Source of the DNA: Candidatus Bathyarchaeota archaeon
GTDB lineage: Archaea; Thermoproteota; Bathyarchaeia; TCS64
Assembly: GCA_030739585.1 (NCBI GenBank)
Contig: JASLYX010000001.1
Span: 372,452 to 436,451 of the forward strand
Reading direction: 5' to 3'
Length of the DNA: 64,000 bases
Made by a program: the position numbers and the translations under genes. Position 1 is the stretch's first letter. Each line of letters begins with the position of its first letter. The notes below the pieces were generated by a model. That model had not been told where the DNA came from. It did no database searches and saw only the letters and a program-made list of their open reading frames with translations. Below are positions 28,437 to 39,167 of this stretch, in pieces.

Positions 28437-29401
28437 CTTGACTCGTCCCTGACGAGTGAGAGGTGTGCCAGGAGGGTTGATAGCTGGATCTCAGGTCTGG
28501 ATCCTTGGGTCAACCGGAAATCTACCTCACCGATAATGTCACTTAATCTTACCTTCATTTGTTCAGTTAGAGATTTATGCCTCATCACTTCGCGATATGT
28601 TATTCGAATAATGTCTTCAGGAGCCAACCCCTGATTGATGAGGATCTCTCTCAACGCTTCACGACTCTCTAAGAACTTTCCGTCCATTGCAAGCTGAATC
28701 ATGGTCTGCACACGGTCTGGTCTTAGTCTTCCAAGGAGGCTGTACACAGAGATATCATCTACGAGTTCTCCGTTAGCTGAAACAGCCTGAAGCATGTTTA
28801 TGGCTTTCCTGAGGTCGCCTTCACTAGCTTGAAATATTGCTGCTAACCCTTCATCTACAACTTGCAGGCTTTCTTTTTCGGCGATAAACATGAGGCGGTC
28901 TCTAATATCCGATTCGTCTAGTGGTCCATATCTGAAAACGCTACACCTGCTTTGTATGGGGTCTATAATATTTTCGCTGTAGTTCCCTATGAGGCAGAAT
29001 CGGGCAGTTTTCGTGTATACTTCCATAGTTCGCCGGAGGGCATGTTGTGCGTCTCCGGTGAGATGATCCGCTTCGTCCATGATGATTATTTTGAAGCTGA
29101 CAGGGCTCACCATGGCGGCGGTCCTTGCGTAATTCTTGACCTTGTCCCTAATTATGTTTATTCCTCTCTCGTCGCTCGCATTGAGCTCTAAGACATAGTT
29201 CTTGTAACCCGGACCATAGAGGTCCCGTGCGAGAGCAAGAATGCTCGTGGTCTTCCCTACCCCCGCCGGTCCGACCAAGAGTAGATGAGGGATATTTTTC
29301 TCAGAAACAAAGGTTTTGAGCCTGTTTACAATATCCCGTTGGTTCACTATTTCGTACAGTGTCTGGGGCCTATACTTTTCTGCCCACATGCCGCCACTCA
29401 T
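28433..29401 (-). CDS. rfcS: Replication factor C small subunit
   Basis: WAEKYRPQTLYEIVNQ, LLLVGPAGVGKTT, DEADHLT, SRC motif (QSRCSVFRY). The true start is probably at MSGGMWAEKYRP rather than the upstream track start at 29476. Confidence 0.85.
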   Translation of the reverse strand: MSGGMWAEKYRPQTLYEIVNQRDIVNRLKTFVSEKNIPHLLLVGPAGVGKTTSILALARDLYGPGYKNYVLELNASDERGINIIRDKVKNYARTAAMVSPVSFKIIIMDEADHLTGDAQHALRRTMEVYTKTARFCLIGNYSENIIDPIQSRCSVFRYGPLDESDIRDRLMFIAEKESLQVVDEGLAAIFQASEGDLRKAINMLQAVSANGELVDDISVYSLLGRLRPDRVQTMIQLAMDGKFLESREALREILINQGLAPEDIIRITYREVMRHKSLTEQMKVRLSDIIGEVDFRLTQGSRPEIQLSTLLAHLSLVRDESR

Positions 29402-29943
29402 GATAAAGCTCCCATCTAAAAAGGGAGCCCTAATGTATAAATCGTTTTTTTGTGAAAAGTATCCTTCCGACCTCAAATCTAAAGGCGTATCCCCTTTTCT
29501 GAATAGTGATTTCTTCCTAATTGAACTGGCTCACTAATTCCTTAGAGTTTGCTCTTTACTATCTTTTTGACCGTATCTGCTCGAGTAAAAGTTGCAATTG
29601 TCTTGATTTCCCCAATATTAACTGAGCCTTAGATGGTTTACTGGGTTACTCTCGTGCAAATGATGCCTTTCCTAGTCCTTTCAACTATTTCTTATGAGTC
29701 TAACCGCTGAGCTTTCAGGCCAAAAAGTAGATGCTCTCCATCTTGGCTTTTTCTCTAGTGCTTTCAATATTAGCTTGACAATCCTCTCCGGGACCCTCTC
29801 TCTAAGATTCATATTTTTCCCAAGAATCTTGAAGACTAATTCTCTGAATATTAACCTGTAGTTAAGATTTAACGCTCTTTAAAAAAATATATTGATTTTC
29901 AGATCGAAATATAATGGTAAATAGCTGTCACACGGAAGCGTTT

Positions 29944-30135
29944 TTATCGACTTATATAGGATTTTGTCCACTTTAACTTCCGGGGATCACGCCCAAGCTT
30001 TAAAGTGTTCCTTTTGCACTTACTCGAACAGAATCTTAGGACTCTGCCATCTCTCCGTACAAAGTTGATACCTGTCCCTGGAGCAATGTCGTAGCCGCAA
30101 AATGAGCATTTATAAACCTGGGGCATTTTGTCCAC
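29944..30135 (-). CDS. rpl24e: 50S ribosomal protein L24e
   Basis: [13 protein letters not shown]...[15 protein letters not shown]...PRKLKWT, canonical L24e zinc-ribbon. Confidence 0.85.
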   Translation of the reverse strand: MDKMPQVYKCSFCGYDIAPGTGINFVRRDGRVLRFCSSKCKRNTLKLGRDPRKLKWTKSYISR

Positions 30136-30348
30136 CTATCTAATCTTCCGGGCTTCCCGCTCCGTGTCCCTGAGGAGTAATATATCATCTATCCTCACGG
30201 GGCCTTTTACATTCCGAGTGATGATGCGCCCCTTATCCCTACCTTCCTCCACCCTAACTCTAACCTGCATAACCTCTCCAGTAAGACCTGTGCGACCTAG
30301 TATCTGGATCACCGTAGCGGGGAATAGGGCGTCGGTTTGGCGAGACAT
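30136..30348 (-). CDS. rps28e: 30S ribosomal protein S28e
   Basis: [27 protein letters not shown]...[26 protein letters not shown] matches S28e. Confidence 0.85.
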   Translation of the reverse strand: MSRQTDALFPATVIQILGRTGLTGEVMQVRVRVEEGRDKGRIITRNVKGPVRIDDILLLRDTEREARKIR

Positions 30349-30350
30349 CC

Positions 30351-30743
30351 CTACTTAACTATCTCCTTAAGATTTTTGAGGATCTCATCCAAAAGTTCGC
30401 TGCCTTCCCCCGGGTCCTCGATAGCAGCCGCAGCAGAGCCGACCAATAATCCTGCGGACAGACCTAGTCTTTGCTTCTCAGGAACATATATGTAAGGCGC
30501 TTTTCGCTCCTCACATAGCATTGGGATGTGGGCAACTATTTCGGGGGGCTCGACATTTTCGGCTAAAATTACTAATCGTGCCCTTCCTCTCTCAATTGAC
30601 TTTGTAGCCTCATTTGTTCCCTTTCGAATTTTTCCTGATTCTAAAGCGATTTTTAGCATCTCATATGATGCTTCAGCTACTTCTTTTGGTACTTCGAACC
30701 TTACGTAGAAAGGCTTCGAAGGATCTACATCCGTTGTAGACAT
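30351..30743 (-). CDS. rpl7ae: 50S ribosomal protein L7Ae (K-turn binding)
   Basis: [58 protein letters not shown] is the L7Ae signature. Confidence 0.9.
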   Translation of the reverse strand: MSTTDVDPSKPFYVRFEVPKEVAEASYEMLKIALESGKIRKGTNEATKSIERGRARLVILAENVEPPEIVAHIPMLCEERKAPYIYVPEKQRLGLSAGLLVGSAAAAIEDPGEGSELLDEILKNLKEIVK

Positions 30744-31440
30744 GTCATTTCCTTCCAGTATTGATACGTCTTTACTAGACCTCTATTCTTAAACATTGTT
30801 ATTGGTGAAGTTTTTTCACCTAAAATGAATGTCATACTTTTCTCCTCCAGTAAACCGTGGATGCTCCAGTAGGACGTTATTTTCAAACATTGTTTTCTTG
30901 GCAACATATATGGGAGGCGGATTTACCTTGTGACTCTTAGAATATATAGGTGTACAAGGAAAAGGGAGAACCCATCTAAATTTAGAGATTAACCGGGTAT
31001 TTTGTGATAATTCTCCTCGCCATATAACGCGATAATTTGCGCATGTCTGGGGATTCTATTTAATCACTCGTGCAAAACATATCGCCATAAGAAATAATGT
31101 TTTCCTGCAATGGAGACGCCATACCTATGAAATGGCTCTCCACAACATATGTACATTTAGTTGTGACATTCAATAACGGAGTTCTTCACAATCCGAGGTT
31201 ATCTGAGTTTTTGTTAATCAGGAAGAAAAATGGCATGATTTTCATCATTCTTCCTTTTTTAAACTAATATCTCAACTCTGATATTTTGGTAACTCTATTT
31301 GACCAAGATCAAAAAAACTCCCTATGTTTGCGCGCGCCTATCGAGTTCATGATTAAATTCGCGCGACTCAAAGATATAACCGTAATTCAAGAAAAAGATT
31401 CCTCTTTTGCTTATCCCGCGCGTTAAAGTATCGTCAGTTC

Positions 31441-33171
31441 TTATCTATGCGCATAATACGCGACAAACGGAGACTTGCTGTCTACCCGGACGAAGCCGTA
31501 CCTCTCGAATTGAATCATCGAATCCACCTCAAGATTGCTACAACCTGTCTCAGCTAACCCTTGTGCAGTTGATGCGTCGGGCATCACGACCTGTGCTTTT
31601 ATTCCAACTCCTAATGGGAGCCAGTGCACAAATGGAAAATCAAATTTCCTAGCCTCTTGGTGACTCTTGGAGTGAAAGCGTGCTTGGATCTTGTCAGAGC
31701 CAAAATGTGTGGTCTCGATGTTGAAAAGCCCCATTAAACGGGCGAATACGTCGCTCCGCATCATTTTCGCGTCTTTATTAGAGATTATAAATATGGATTC
31801 ACCTTTTTCTGGCTTTACCAAGTAATCTCGGCTTCCCCATTCTGGATGATCAGGGTGGCTAGGAAGCCTCACTTTATGCTCATCTGGTATGCCTGTTACT
31901 TTGAGGTTAACGGGATCTCTAACGAAAGTAAACCTTCGCGCTCTTGGATCAACAAGCTTTCGATTTACTGATGCGAGGTGGTCCCAGCTCAAGGTTGAGT
32001 TAATGGGTTTTGGGCCGATCTGGATCATTACTTCCCTGATAGCCTCGGGCTGTAGTCCCCTTCTTTTAAGGGACCTCAGAGTTCCAACGCGAGGGTCGTC
32101 CCATCCCGTAAAGCTTCCGTCCTCTATGCCGCTCCTTATCTTAGATTTGCTGAGGACGCCAACCTCTAGTCCCAAGCGACCTATGTTAATGATTTCTGGA
32201 AACTCCCAGCCAAGATGATCTGATAGATATCGCTGTCTAGTGGTGTTGACCTCGTGCTCTTTTCCCCTGATGATATGGGAAACTTTCATCTCGTGGTCGT
32301 CAATGGCGCAACTGAAATTGTACAAAGGCCAAACCCTAAACTTATTTCCTTGTCGTGGGTGGGCACTCTCAGCAATCCTGAGGGCAGGCCAGTCCCTGAC
32401 CGCAGGATTTGGGTGTTCCAGATCGGTCTTAATGCGAACTACGGCGTCTCCTTTTGCATATGTCCCGTCCTTCATCTTCATCCAACGCTTGAGGTTTACT
32501 TCGATCGAGTTTGATCTGCAGGGACAAGCTTTTTTTGCCATATAAATCTCCTTGAACGCTGAGGAGGTACAAGTGCAGATATATGCAGAACACCTCTCAA
32601 GGAGCCTGACAGCATACTTGTAATAGATATTAATTCTGTCAGATTGCACATACTTTTCATCAACCTTGACCCCTAGCCATTCGAGATCCATCTCTATCCA
32701 TTTATAAATCTCATTTAGAGGGGTTTTCACATCGGGGCTTGTATCCTCAAATCTCAAGATGAACTTTCCTTTGTACCTCTTCGCGTATTCGTCACAGAAT
32801 ATGATTGGTTCAGCGCTACCTAGGTGAAGAGCTCCGTCTGGGTTTGGTGCAAATCGCGTCCTAACAATCTCGAATCTCTTGACGTTCTGGAGAGGCGGTA
32901 AGGTTTTAACCTTCTCAATATTTTTTTTTCTCTCAAGAAGCTCCGGCCATTTCTCCTTTAGAACCGTGACCTGTTTTTCCCGGGACCACGAGTTCACCTC
33001 AGATACTATTCGGCTTACGATGTCGTTAACCTCCTTAGCTTTTCCCCGTCTCTCTATAAACCCTGCCATAATTCTTCCAACCACGGGCCCGGATTGGGCT
33101 TTTCCCTCGTGGGTCACAGCATTATGAACGGCGTGTCTTAACGCCACTTTTTTGATCTCCTCGCCGCTCAT
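31441..33171 (-). CDS. gltX: Glutamyl-tRNA synthetase, archaeal type
   Basis: 576 aa; class I HIGH region RFAPNPDGALHLGSA, KMSKS-like VLSKSK, and overall archaeal GluRS length. Confidence 0.85.
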   Translation of the reverse strand: MSGEEIKKVALRHAVHNAVTHEGKAQSGPVVGRIMAGFIERRGKAKEVNDIVSRIVSEVNSWSREKQVTVLKEKWPELLERKKNIEKVKTLPPLQNVKRFEIVRTRFAPNPDGALHLGSAEPIIFCDEYAKRYKGKFILRFEDTSPDVKTPLNEIYKWIEMDLEWLGVKVDEKYVQSDRINIYYKYAVRLLERCSAYICTCTSSAFKEIYMAKKACPCRSNSIEVNLKRWMKMKDGTYAKGDAVVRIKTDLEHPNPAVRDWPALRIAESAHPRQGNKFRVWPLYNFSCAIDDHEMKVSHIIRGKEHEVNTTRQRYLSDHLGWEFPEIINIGRLGLEVGVLSKSKIRSGIEDGSFTGWDDPRVGTLRSLKRRGLQPEAIREVMIQIGPKPINSTLSWDHLASVNRKLVDPRARRFTFVRDPVNLKVTGIPDEHKVRLPSHPDHPEWGSRDYLVKPEKGESIFIISNKDAKMMRSDVFARLMGLFNIETTHFGSDKIQARFHSKSHQEARKFDFPFVHWLPLGVGIKAQVVMPDASTAQGLAETGCSNLEVDSMIQFERYGFVRVDSKSPFVAYYAHR

Positions 33172-33346
33172 GTTCTAAATACTCCTTAGTGAGATGTCCA
33201 ATTGTTTAATCAATGATTCATTTATGCTTAGTGGATTAACTTATGCGCGTAGGGGATATTATACAGTATTTCTTAGAGCAAACCGGCCCTTTGGCCCCTA
33301 AACGTTTTAGATTGGACGACTCATGTGAGAATCAAAGGTAATCTAG

Positions 33347-34177
33347 ATGAGAGTATACATCAAGCCGGATTTGGAGGGCATTACTGGTGTTGTCTTAGAG
33401 CCCCTACAGACCAGCAGGACTGAGCAGTACTACCAGGAAGCCCGGAGGCTCATGACTGCTGACGTTAATGCAGTATCAAAGGGGGCAGTGAGGGCGGGAG
33501 CCAATGAGGTTTACGTGGAGGCCGGCCACGCGAGCTGGGGTCACAACATGATCTTCGATGAGTTTATCGATGAGGTCAGGTACATGGATGGTCGTTCTGC
33601 AAGCAGACCCATATCAGTGATGGCGGAGGTCTACGAAAGGAGCGACGCATTCTTCATCGTGGGACAGCACCCAATGAGAGGAGTCCGCAGAGGGGTTATA
33701 GAGCACACATTTTTGCCACCAATCAACGAGCTCAGGGTCAACGGCCGCCCCATGGGGGAGATGGGAATGAAGGCAGCAGTGGCGGGCTACTATAATGTGC
33801 CTATTGCATTTGTAAGTGGTTGCGATCAAGCGGTGGCCGAGGCCCAAGAACTTTTCGGGGACATAGAGGCAGTCTCTGTAAAAAAGGGGCTTGGAAGGCA
33901 GTCGGCGATCCTACTCCCCTCTAGAATTACCCTGCCTATGCTAGAGGAAGGGGCATTCCGAGCTGTGGAGCGACTCAGTGAGTTCAAACCCTTCAAGGTA
34001 ATCGAGCCAACTAAAATAGAAGTGGAGTTCCAACATACTGGAATGGCTGACGCCGCAGAGATGACTCCTTATGTCAAGAGGGCTGACGGGCTTTCCCTTG
34101 TCTTCGAGGGGCCCTTTCTGGAGGCGTTAAGAGCACTCCGATCCATGATCCGTCACGCTGTAAGCCAGAGACGTTGA
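33347..34177 (+). CDS. M55 family D-aminopeptidase (DppA-like)
   Basis: Colinear with B. subtilis DppA as recalled: N-terminal MRVYIKPDLEGITGV; VNGRPMGEMGMKAAVAGYYNVPIAFVSGCD versus INDRPVGELGLNAYVAGYYDVPVLMVAGD. Confidence 0.8.
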   Translation: MRVYIKPDLEGITGVVLEPLQTSRTEQYYQEARRLMTADVNAVSKGAVRAGANEVYVEAGHASWGHNMIFDEFIDEVRYMDGRSASRPISVMAEVYERSDAFFIVGQHPMRGVRRGVIEHTFLPPINELRVNGRPMGEMGMKAAVAGYYNVPIAFVSGCDQAVAEAQELFGDIEAVSVKKGLGRQSAILLPSRITLPMLEEGAFRAVERLSEFKPFKVIEPTKIEVEFQHTGMADAAEMTPYVKRADGLSLVFEGPFLEALRALRSMIRHAVSQRR

Positions 34178-34417
34178 AATGGGTTACGCAGCTCACCTGA
34201 TATAAGGTTCCGCTTTTACTCTTTTATATCCTAATCGACATCTCCGTCAGGAGCGCGCTTACAACCCTTTAATTATCCTTCTTTTCAAGGCTTTTATGTT
34301 TTTCAAAGTCTCTTTAAATTACCTTGTTTCATGGTTTTTTCTATAGAAGCAGTTTTTTCAAAAGACAGCAGAGCTGTTAGAAAGAGATAAACCCCACTCC
34401 TCGAATTTCTAACTGAA

Positions 34418-34684
34418 ATGACCCTCAAAAAAATACACCTTGACATACTCCAGCTGTTATTGGACAATACACTCCAAGACCCCTATGACACAGGGAATGT
34501 CTCTCGAAAAATATTGTTTAAATCTGTGAACTATAAGCCGAGACAGATTAAGAAGGCATGCACTGAACTCGAGACTAGGGGACTAGTCCAACTCCACACT
34601 GGGTTCTACAAAAATGAATGGATGTCCATTTCCTTAACCGACCAGGGAATAACCATTATAGAACTCGATGAAGATGGGGTCTAA
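34418..34684 (+). CDS. Small putative winged-helix DNA-binding protein
   Basis: 88 aa; helix-turn-helix-like segment (RQIKKACTELETRGLV) followed by a beta hairpin; low-confidence call. Confidence 0.3.
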   Translation: MTLKKIHLDILQLLLDNTLQDPYDTGNVSRKILFKSVNYKPRQIKKACTELETRGLVQLHTGFYKNEWMSISLTDQGITIIELDEDGV

Positions 34685-35507
34685 ACTCAAAAATCCTTTT
34701 TGTGTAGGGCGACCAATAGACCGTTAGCCCCGCCAACATTATTGCTTTCGAGTCCCCAATATTATAATTATACTTATGACTTTTTCCCACAGTCTAGGAC
34801 CAGAAACAATGGGGCTGTAGGTCCCAACATTAAGGAAATCAGAATCAGCTTTCTCAATAATTGAAATCCCAGTGAGTGGTTTAACTGCTCCAAAGAATCG
34901 TTCACGTGTGAAACATGAGAAAATAGGACATCAAAACCAAATGGGGAAAAAGAGGCGGGTAACTTTTCTCAGCAGACTAATGACTACGATCTTGTAAGAG
35001 CCATAGGTTTGGGCTCGGTGATGGGGTCTTAATCCTATGAGGATGATTCCCCCCCTTGCCGTTCCTCGCTACAACCATTGCCGCCTTCCTCATGAGCTTC
35101 CTCTCTTTAACATACCACCCGCTCTCTAAGACGTTCCGCTCAGGATAATTCGTTATGACCGCGTACCTTTCGTTTTTCCACTACGGGAGTATCTCAAAGA
35201 CTTTACTATTCCTAAAAAAGGCGAGAGCATTATTAGGCATGTCACGTGCTGTTGAATGGAATGCGTTGATGGGTGCTCGGAGGATGAAGCAGGCCAATAG
35301 AACTCCTCATGGATCTTGGGTTAATTCGATAAAACCCATAAGGTGTGGTTATTTCTCTAAAAAAATGGTGAATAAGAAGAGTTTGTAGGTACTTTGGCTG
35401 AGCCTGCCGAGCCAATACCCAACTCAGATCATCCTTGTCCAAATTCTAGCTGTGGATTTATTAATAATAATGGATTGCCTTATGAAATAGAGAATGGATG
35501 TTATATG

Positions 35508-36020
35508 CTAGATAAAGAGTGTGACATCAGCCTCTCCGGCCATGTCGATGAATGTAGTGGCTCCTATAATATCATTGCACTCAGGGATAAGGTCATCCTT
35601 GGTGATCCCTGAAAGTTCCATCGTGGGGGAGCAAGCGTGGAATTTTACCCCGGCTTGTTTGGCCATCTTTATGAGATGATCTATGCTGGGCATACCAGTC
35701 TCCTTCATCTTTTTCTTCATCATGTAGGTTGCCATCGTAGTCATTCCAGGGATGACGCTCAGGATGTTGGGTATTCCCATCGATGGGTTCCCTAGAGGGG
35801 ATATTTTCAGGCTCTTAGCATTCGTGACGATATCCATACCCCAGAACGTGAAGTATAGGTGGACCTCCCAGTCTAAGGCTGCAGCTGATGTCGCCATCAT
35901 AAACGGTGGAAAGGCCATGTCCAGTGTCCCTTTGGAGCATACGATGAGGAGCTTTTTTTTCTCTTCTGACTGGGAGATGAACCCTATTTCCCGCCCTTGA
36001 TCCGTGCTAGTATCTATCAT
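35508..36020 (-). CDS. DsrE/DsrF-like (sulfur-relay/peroxiredoxin-like) family protein
   Basis: 170 aa; LLIVCSKGTLD Rossmann-like start with conserved Cys and MELSGI near the C-terminus, typical of DsrE-like proteins. Confidence 0.5.
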   Translation of the reverse strand: MIDTSTDQGREIGFISQSEEKKKLLIVCSKGTLDMAFPPFMMATSAAALDWEVHLYFTFWGMDIVTNAKSLKISPLGNPSMGIPNILSVIPGMTTMATYMMKKKMKETGMPSIDHLIKMAKQAGVKFHACSPTMELSGITKDDLIPECNDIIGATTFIDMAGEADVTLFI

Positions 36021-36314
36021 ATTTTACACATCACCATTCAAAGGAGTGGTGAACTATTAACGGCGTTAACTAATTTAAGGGTTTTGAAACCGGATTTGGA
36101 GGTTTTCAAGATTATTTTTCCTTGACTACTGTGAGGAATAATAGTTAAATGACCCTCATTAATTAGATGAATTCACACTGACAAATCTCGACTAATTGGA
36201 AACAACCAAGGAAACATGCGTGCGCGAGTGCAGTCCGGGACTTGTTAACATTTAAATAGCCATAATGAGGTAACAACTCGAAACATTACTGATAGGAGAC
36301 AGGAGAACTCAGAT

Positions 36315-37019
36315 TTGTTCATGCCGCGAGCCTACGACCGCGCAATAACCATATTTTCACCCGAAGGGCGCCTCTACCAAGTAGAATATGCCTTGGAATT
36401 AGTAAACCAGGGCGCACCTATAGTAGGTGTATCCTCTCCCGAAGGCGTGGCTCTAGCAGCTAACGAGACACCGGAGAGCAGGCTAGAAGATCCACGATTC
36501 TTCATGAAGATCTTCCAGCTCGATGATCACGTGGGAACAGCCGTAGCAGGCCTGATCTCTGATGCAAGAGTCCTCATCGAACAGTCTAGGGTATACTGCC
36601 AAAATAATCGGCTATTATATGATGAGCCGGTGGATCTTGAGAGCCTCGCCAAGAGGATCGGGGACCAAGCTCAGGTTTACACACAGCACGCAGGCGTGCG
36701 TCCTTACGGAGTTAGCATGATCCTCGCTGGGATAGATACAACTGGGAGCCGGGTCTTCATGGTTAACCCTAGCGGATCATATCGGGGGTACAAGGCGGTT
36801 GCAGTCGGACGTAAAAACAAAGTGGGCAACAAGCTGCTGGAGGACGAATATAATCCAGAGTTCACTCTTGACGAGGCTATATCCCTCTCAGTTCAAGCTG
36901 TAAAGGCGGCCTCAGATGAGAACGTTACAGCAAAGATCGTGAAGGTCGCCGTCATCCCTGCTGATACCAAAATCTTCAGAAAGCTCTCCGAGTCAGATGT
37001 GGAAAGATACCTCACGTAG
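36315..37019 (+). CDS. psmA: Proteasome subunit alpha
   Basis: YDRAITIFSPEGRLYQVEYALE signature of 20S alpha subunits. Confidence 0.9.
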   Translation: MFMPRAYDRAITIFSPEGRLYQVEYALELVNQGAPIVGVSSPEGVALAANETPESRLEDPRFFMKIFQLDDHVGTAVAGLISDARVLIEQSRVYCQNNRLLYDEPVDLESLAKRIGDQAQVYTQHAGVRPYGVSMILAGIDTTGSRVFMVNPSGSYRGYKAVAVGRKNKVGNKLLEDEYNPEFTLDEAISLSVQAVKAASDENVTAKIVKVAVIPADTKIFRKLSESDVERYLT

Positions 37020-37028
37020 AAGGCTCGA

Positions 37029-37721
37029 GTGATGAGCGTTAAATATACCATGGTCAGGTACACCCACCAAGGGTCGAAATTTGAGATTCTAGTGGACCCT
37101 GCCAAAGGATTGGCCTACAAGAATGGGGAAAGGGCCGACCTTGCTAACGTTCTAATGATCGACACAATCTTCACGGATGCAAATAAAGGTACCAAACCTT
37201 CGGAGTCTAAACTCAAGGCTGTTTTTGGGACAGAAGACCCTATAGCGATAGCTGAGCTCATATTCGAGAAAGGGGTTTTCCAGCTCACTTCTCAGCAGAG
37301 AAAGAATATGACCGATCAGACTCTCCGGCAGATAATCACCCTAATCTCCAAGAATTATGTCAACCCTGCCACGAAACTCCCCCATCCACCCCTTCGGGTT
37401 GAGAACGCTCTTGGAGAGATCAAATTAAGTATCGACCCCTTCAAGGATGCCGAGGAGCAGCTGAAGGAAATTGTTAATGCTCTTCGTCCTATCCTCCCAA
37501 TGAGCATGGAGAGTGTTGAAATCGCAATAAAGATCCCCGCAGAGTACTCTTCCAAATCTTATGGGATAGTGAAGGAACTCGCTGATATAACGAGGGACGA
37601 ATGGACCGATGATGGTTCATGGGTAGCGGTGGTTGCTATTTCGGCAGCTATGCAGGGAGAACTACTTGACAGACTTGGAAAGGCTACGCAGGGAAACCTC
37701 CAAACCAATTTAATGAAATGA
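37029..37721 (+). CDS. Ribosome maturation protein SBDS/SDO1
   Basis: N-terminal FYSH domain (VRYTHQGSKFEILVDPAKGLAYKNGE...) and conserved position immediately after psmA in the archaeal exosome superoperon. Confidence 0.85.
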   Translation: MMSVKYTMVRYTHQGSKFEILVDPAKGLAYKNGERADLANVLMIDTIFTDANKGTKPSESKLKAVFGTEDPIAIAELIFEKGVFQLTSQQRKNMTDQTLRQIITLISKNYVNPATKLPHPPLRVENALGEIKLSIDPFKDAEEQLKEIVNALRPILPMSMESVEIAIKIPAEYSSKSYGIVKELADITRDEWTDDGSWVAVVAISAAMQGELLDRLGKATQGNLQTNLMK

Positions 37722-37734
37722 TAGTTGATTTAAA

Positions 37735-38427
37735 ATGTCAGAGCTGTTTGAGACCAGAGATCTCGTTATTCCGGGAGACGTCCTCTTTGAAGGTAGGGTT
37801 AAGACCGGAGACAACACCCACAGAGCCGATGGGAAGGTGTTTGCTAGTCGCATCGGTCTTGTCACCTACAATCGTGGCATGGTCTCGGTGATCGCCTTGG
37901 AGGCAGGCTTCAACCCCCTCACAGGAGACCAGGTAATCGGTCAAGTAAAGGATATACGGATCGGAAGGTGGATGGTGGACATTGATGCTGCTGAGGATGG
38001 CGCTTTAAACGTCATCGACGCGATAGACGCTCAATTCCGTACAGACTTCGATATGACCCGGGTTCTCGACATCGGAGATACGGTTGTTGCCAAAATCGTC
38101 GATATAGACCGAAGGCGGACACCCATTCTCTCGATCCTCGGCAGAGACTTGGGGAGGGTCAACGAAGGCTTCATCATGAGGTTTACCCCCTCGAAGATCC
38201 CGCGCCTGATCGGCAAAAAGGGATCAATGATCAATATGATTTTTAACCAGACCGGATCAAACGTTGTTATCGGTCAGAACGGGAGAATTCTCATTCACGG
38301 AAGGACTCGAGAGCAGGAGAAGATGGCAGTCAAGGTCATCACAAAGGTGGAAAACGAAGCCCATATTTCGGGTCTTACAAGTAGGGTAAAAGAATATTTG
38401 AGACTGTTAAAGGAGGAAAATAGATGA
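37735..38427 (+). CDS. rrp4: Exosome complex RNA-binding protein Rrp4 (S1+KH)
   Basis: N-terminal plus S1 (VIPGDVLF...GDQVIGQVKD...RWMVDI) and KH (GKKGSMINMIF..TGSNVVIGQNGRILIHG) domains; gene-order context. Confidence 0.85.
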   Translation: MSELFETRDLVIPGDVLFEGRVKTGDNTHRADGKVFASRIGLVTYNRGMVSVIALEAGFNPLTGDQVIGQVKDIRIGRWMVDIDAAEDGALNVIDAIDAQFRTDFDMTRVLDIGDTVVAKIVDIDRRRTPILSILGRDLGRVNEGFIMRFTPSKIPRLIGKKGSMINMIFNQTGSNVVIGQNGRILIHGRTREQEKMAVKVITKVENEAHISGLTSRVKEYLRLLKEENR

Positions 38428-39167
38428 GTAAAACGAAGAAAATCAGGAAGAAAAAGAAGTCAAAGGCGAAAACAAGATATGACGGGAGAAAGGCCAATGA
38501 GATGCGGCCTACTACCATTGAGAGCGGAGTCCTACCAAACGCAGACGGCTCAGCATATATTGAAATGGGGAGAAACAAAATCCTCGTCGGGGTTTTCGGT
38601 CCTAGAGAGATGCACCCTAGACGCTTAGCAAAGCCAAATGAGGCAACAGTGAGATGCAGGTACCATATGTCCCCGTTCTCCGTCAGTCCACGGAGATCAC
38701 CAGCCCCCTCAAGGAGGGACATGGAGATAGGTATGGTGATGAGCTGGGCGATTCAACCCGCCATCTTTCTCGATAAATATCCGAGATCCGTTATCGATGT
38801 CTACACTGAGATTTTAGAGGCCGACGGAGGGACCCGCACGGCATGCATTAACGCGTCAACTGTTGCCTTGGTAGACGCAGGGATCCCCATGAGAGATCTC
38901 GTTTCTTCCTGTGCTGCTGGCGTGATTGACGGCGAAATAGTTCTTGACCTCGGAGACTATGAGGATAAGGAGGGGCAAGCTGATGTCCCGGTGGCTTACA
39001 TGCCAACGCTGGGACAGATCACCCTCCTCCAAATGGACGGAGTACTACCGACAAAGACCTTTAAGGGATGCGTGGACCTCGCAATCGAGGGATGTCTACA
39101 GGTAAATGAGATTCAGAAAAATGCACTGAGAAAAAAGTATGGTATTTTTGGGGAGGCTGAAGAGTAA
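38424..39167 (+). CDS. rrp41: Exosome complex exonuclease Rrp41 (RNase PH)
   Basis: DGRKANEMRPTTIESGVLPNADGSAYIEMGRNKILVGVFGP; RNase PH fold; start overlaps the rrp4 stop. Confidence 0.9.
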   Translation: MSKTKKIRKKKKSKAKTRYDGRKANEMRPTTIESGVLPNADGSAYIEMGRNKILVGVFGPREMHPRRLAKPNEATVRCRYHMSPFSVSPRRSPAPSRRDMEIGMVMSWAIQPAIFLDKYPRSVIDVYTEILEADGGTRTACINASTVALVDAGIPMRDLVSSCAAGVIDGEIVLDLGDYEDKEGQADVPVAYMPTLGQITLLQMDGVLPTKTFKGCVDLAIEGCLQVNEIQKNALRKKYGIFGEAEE

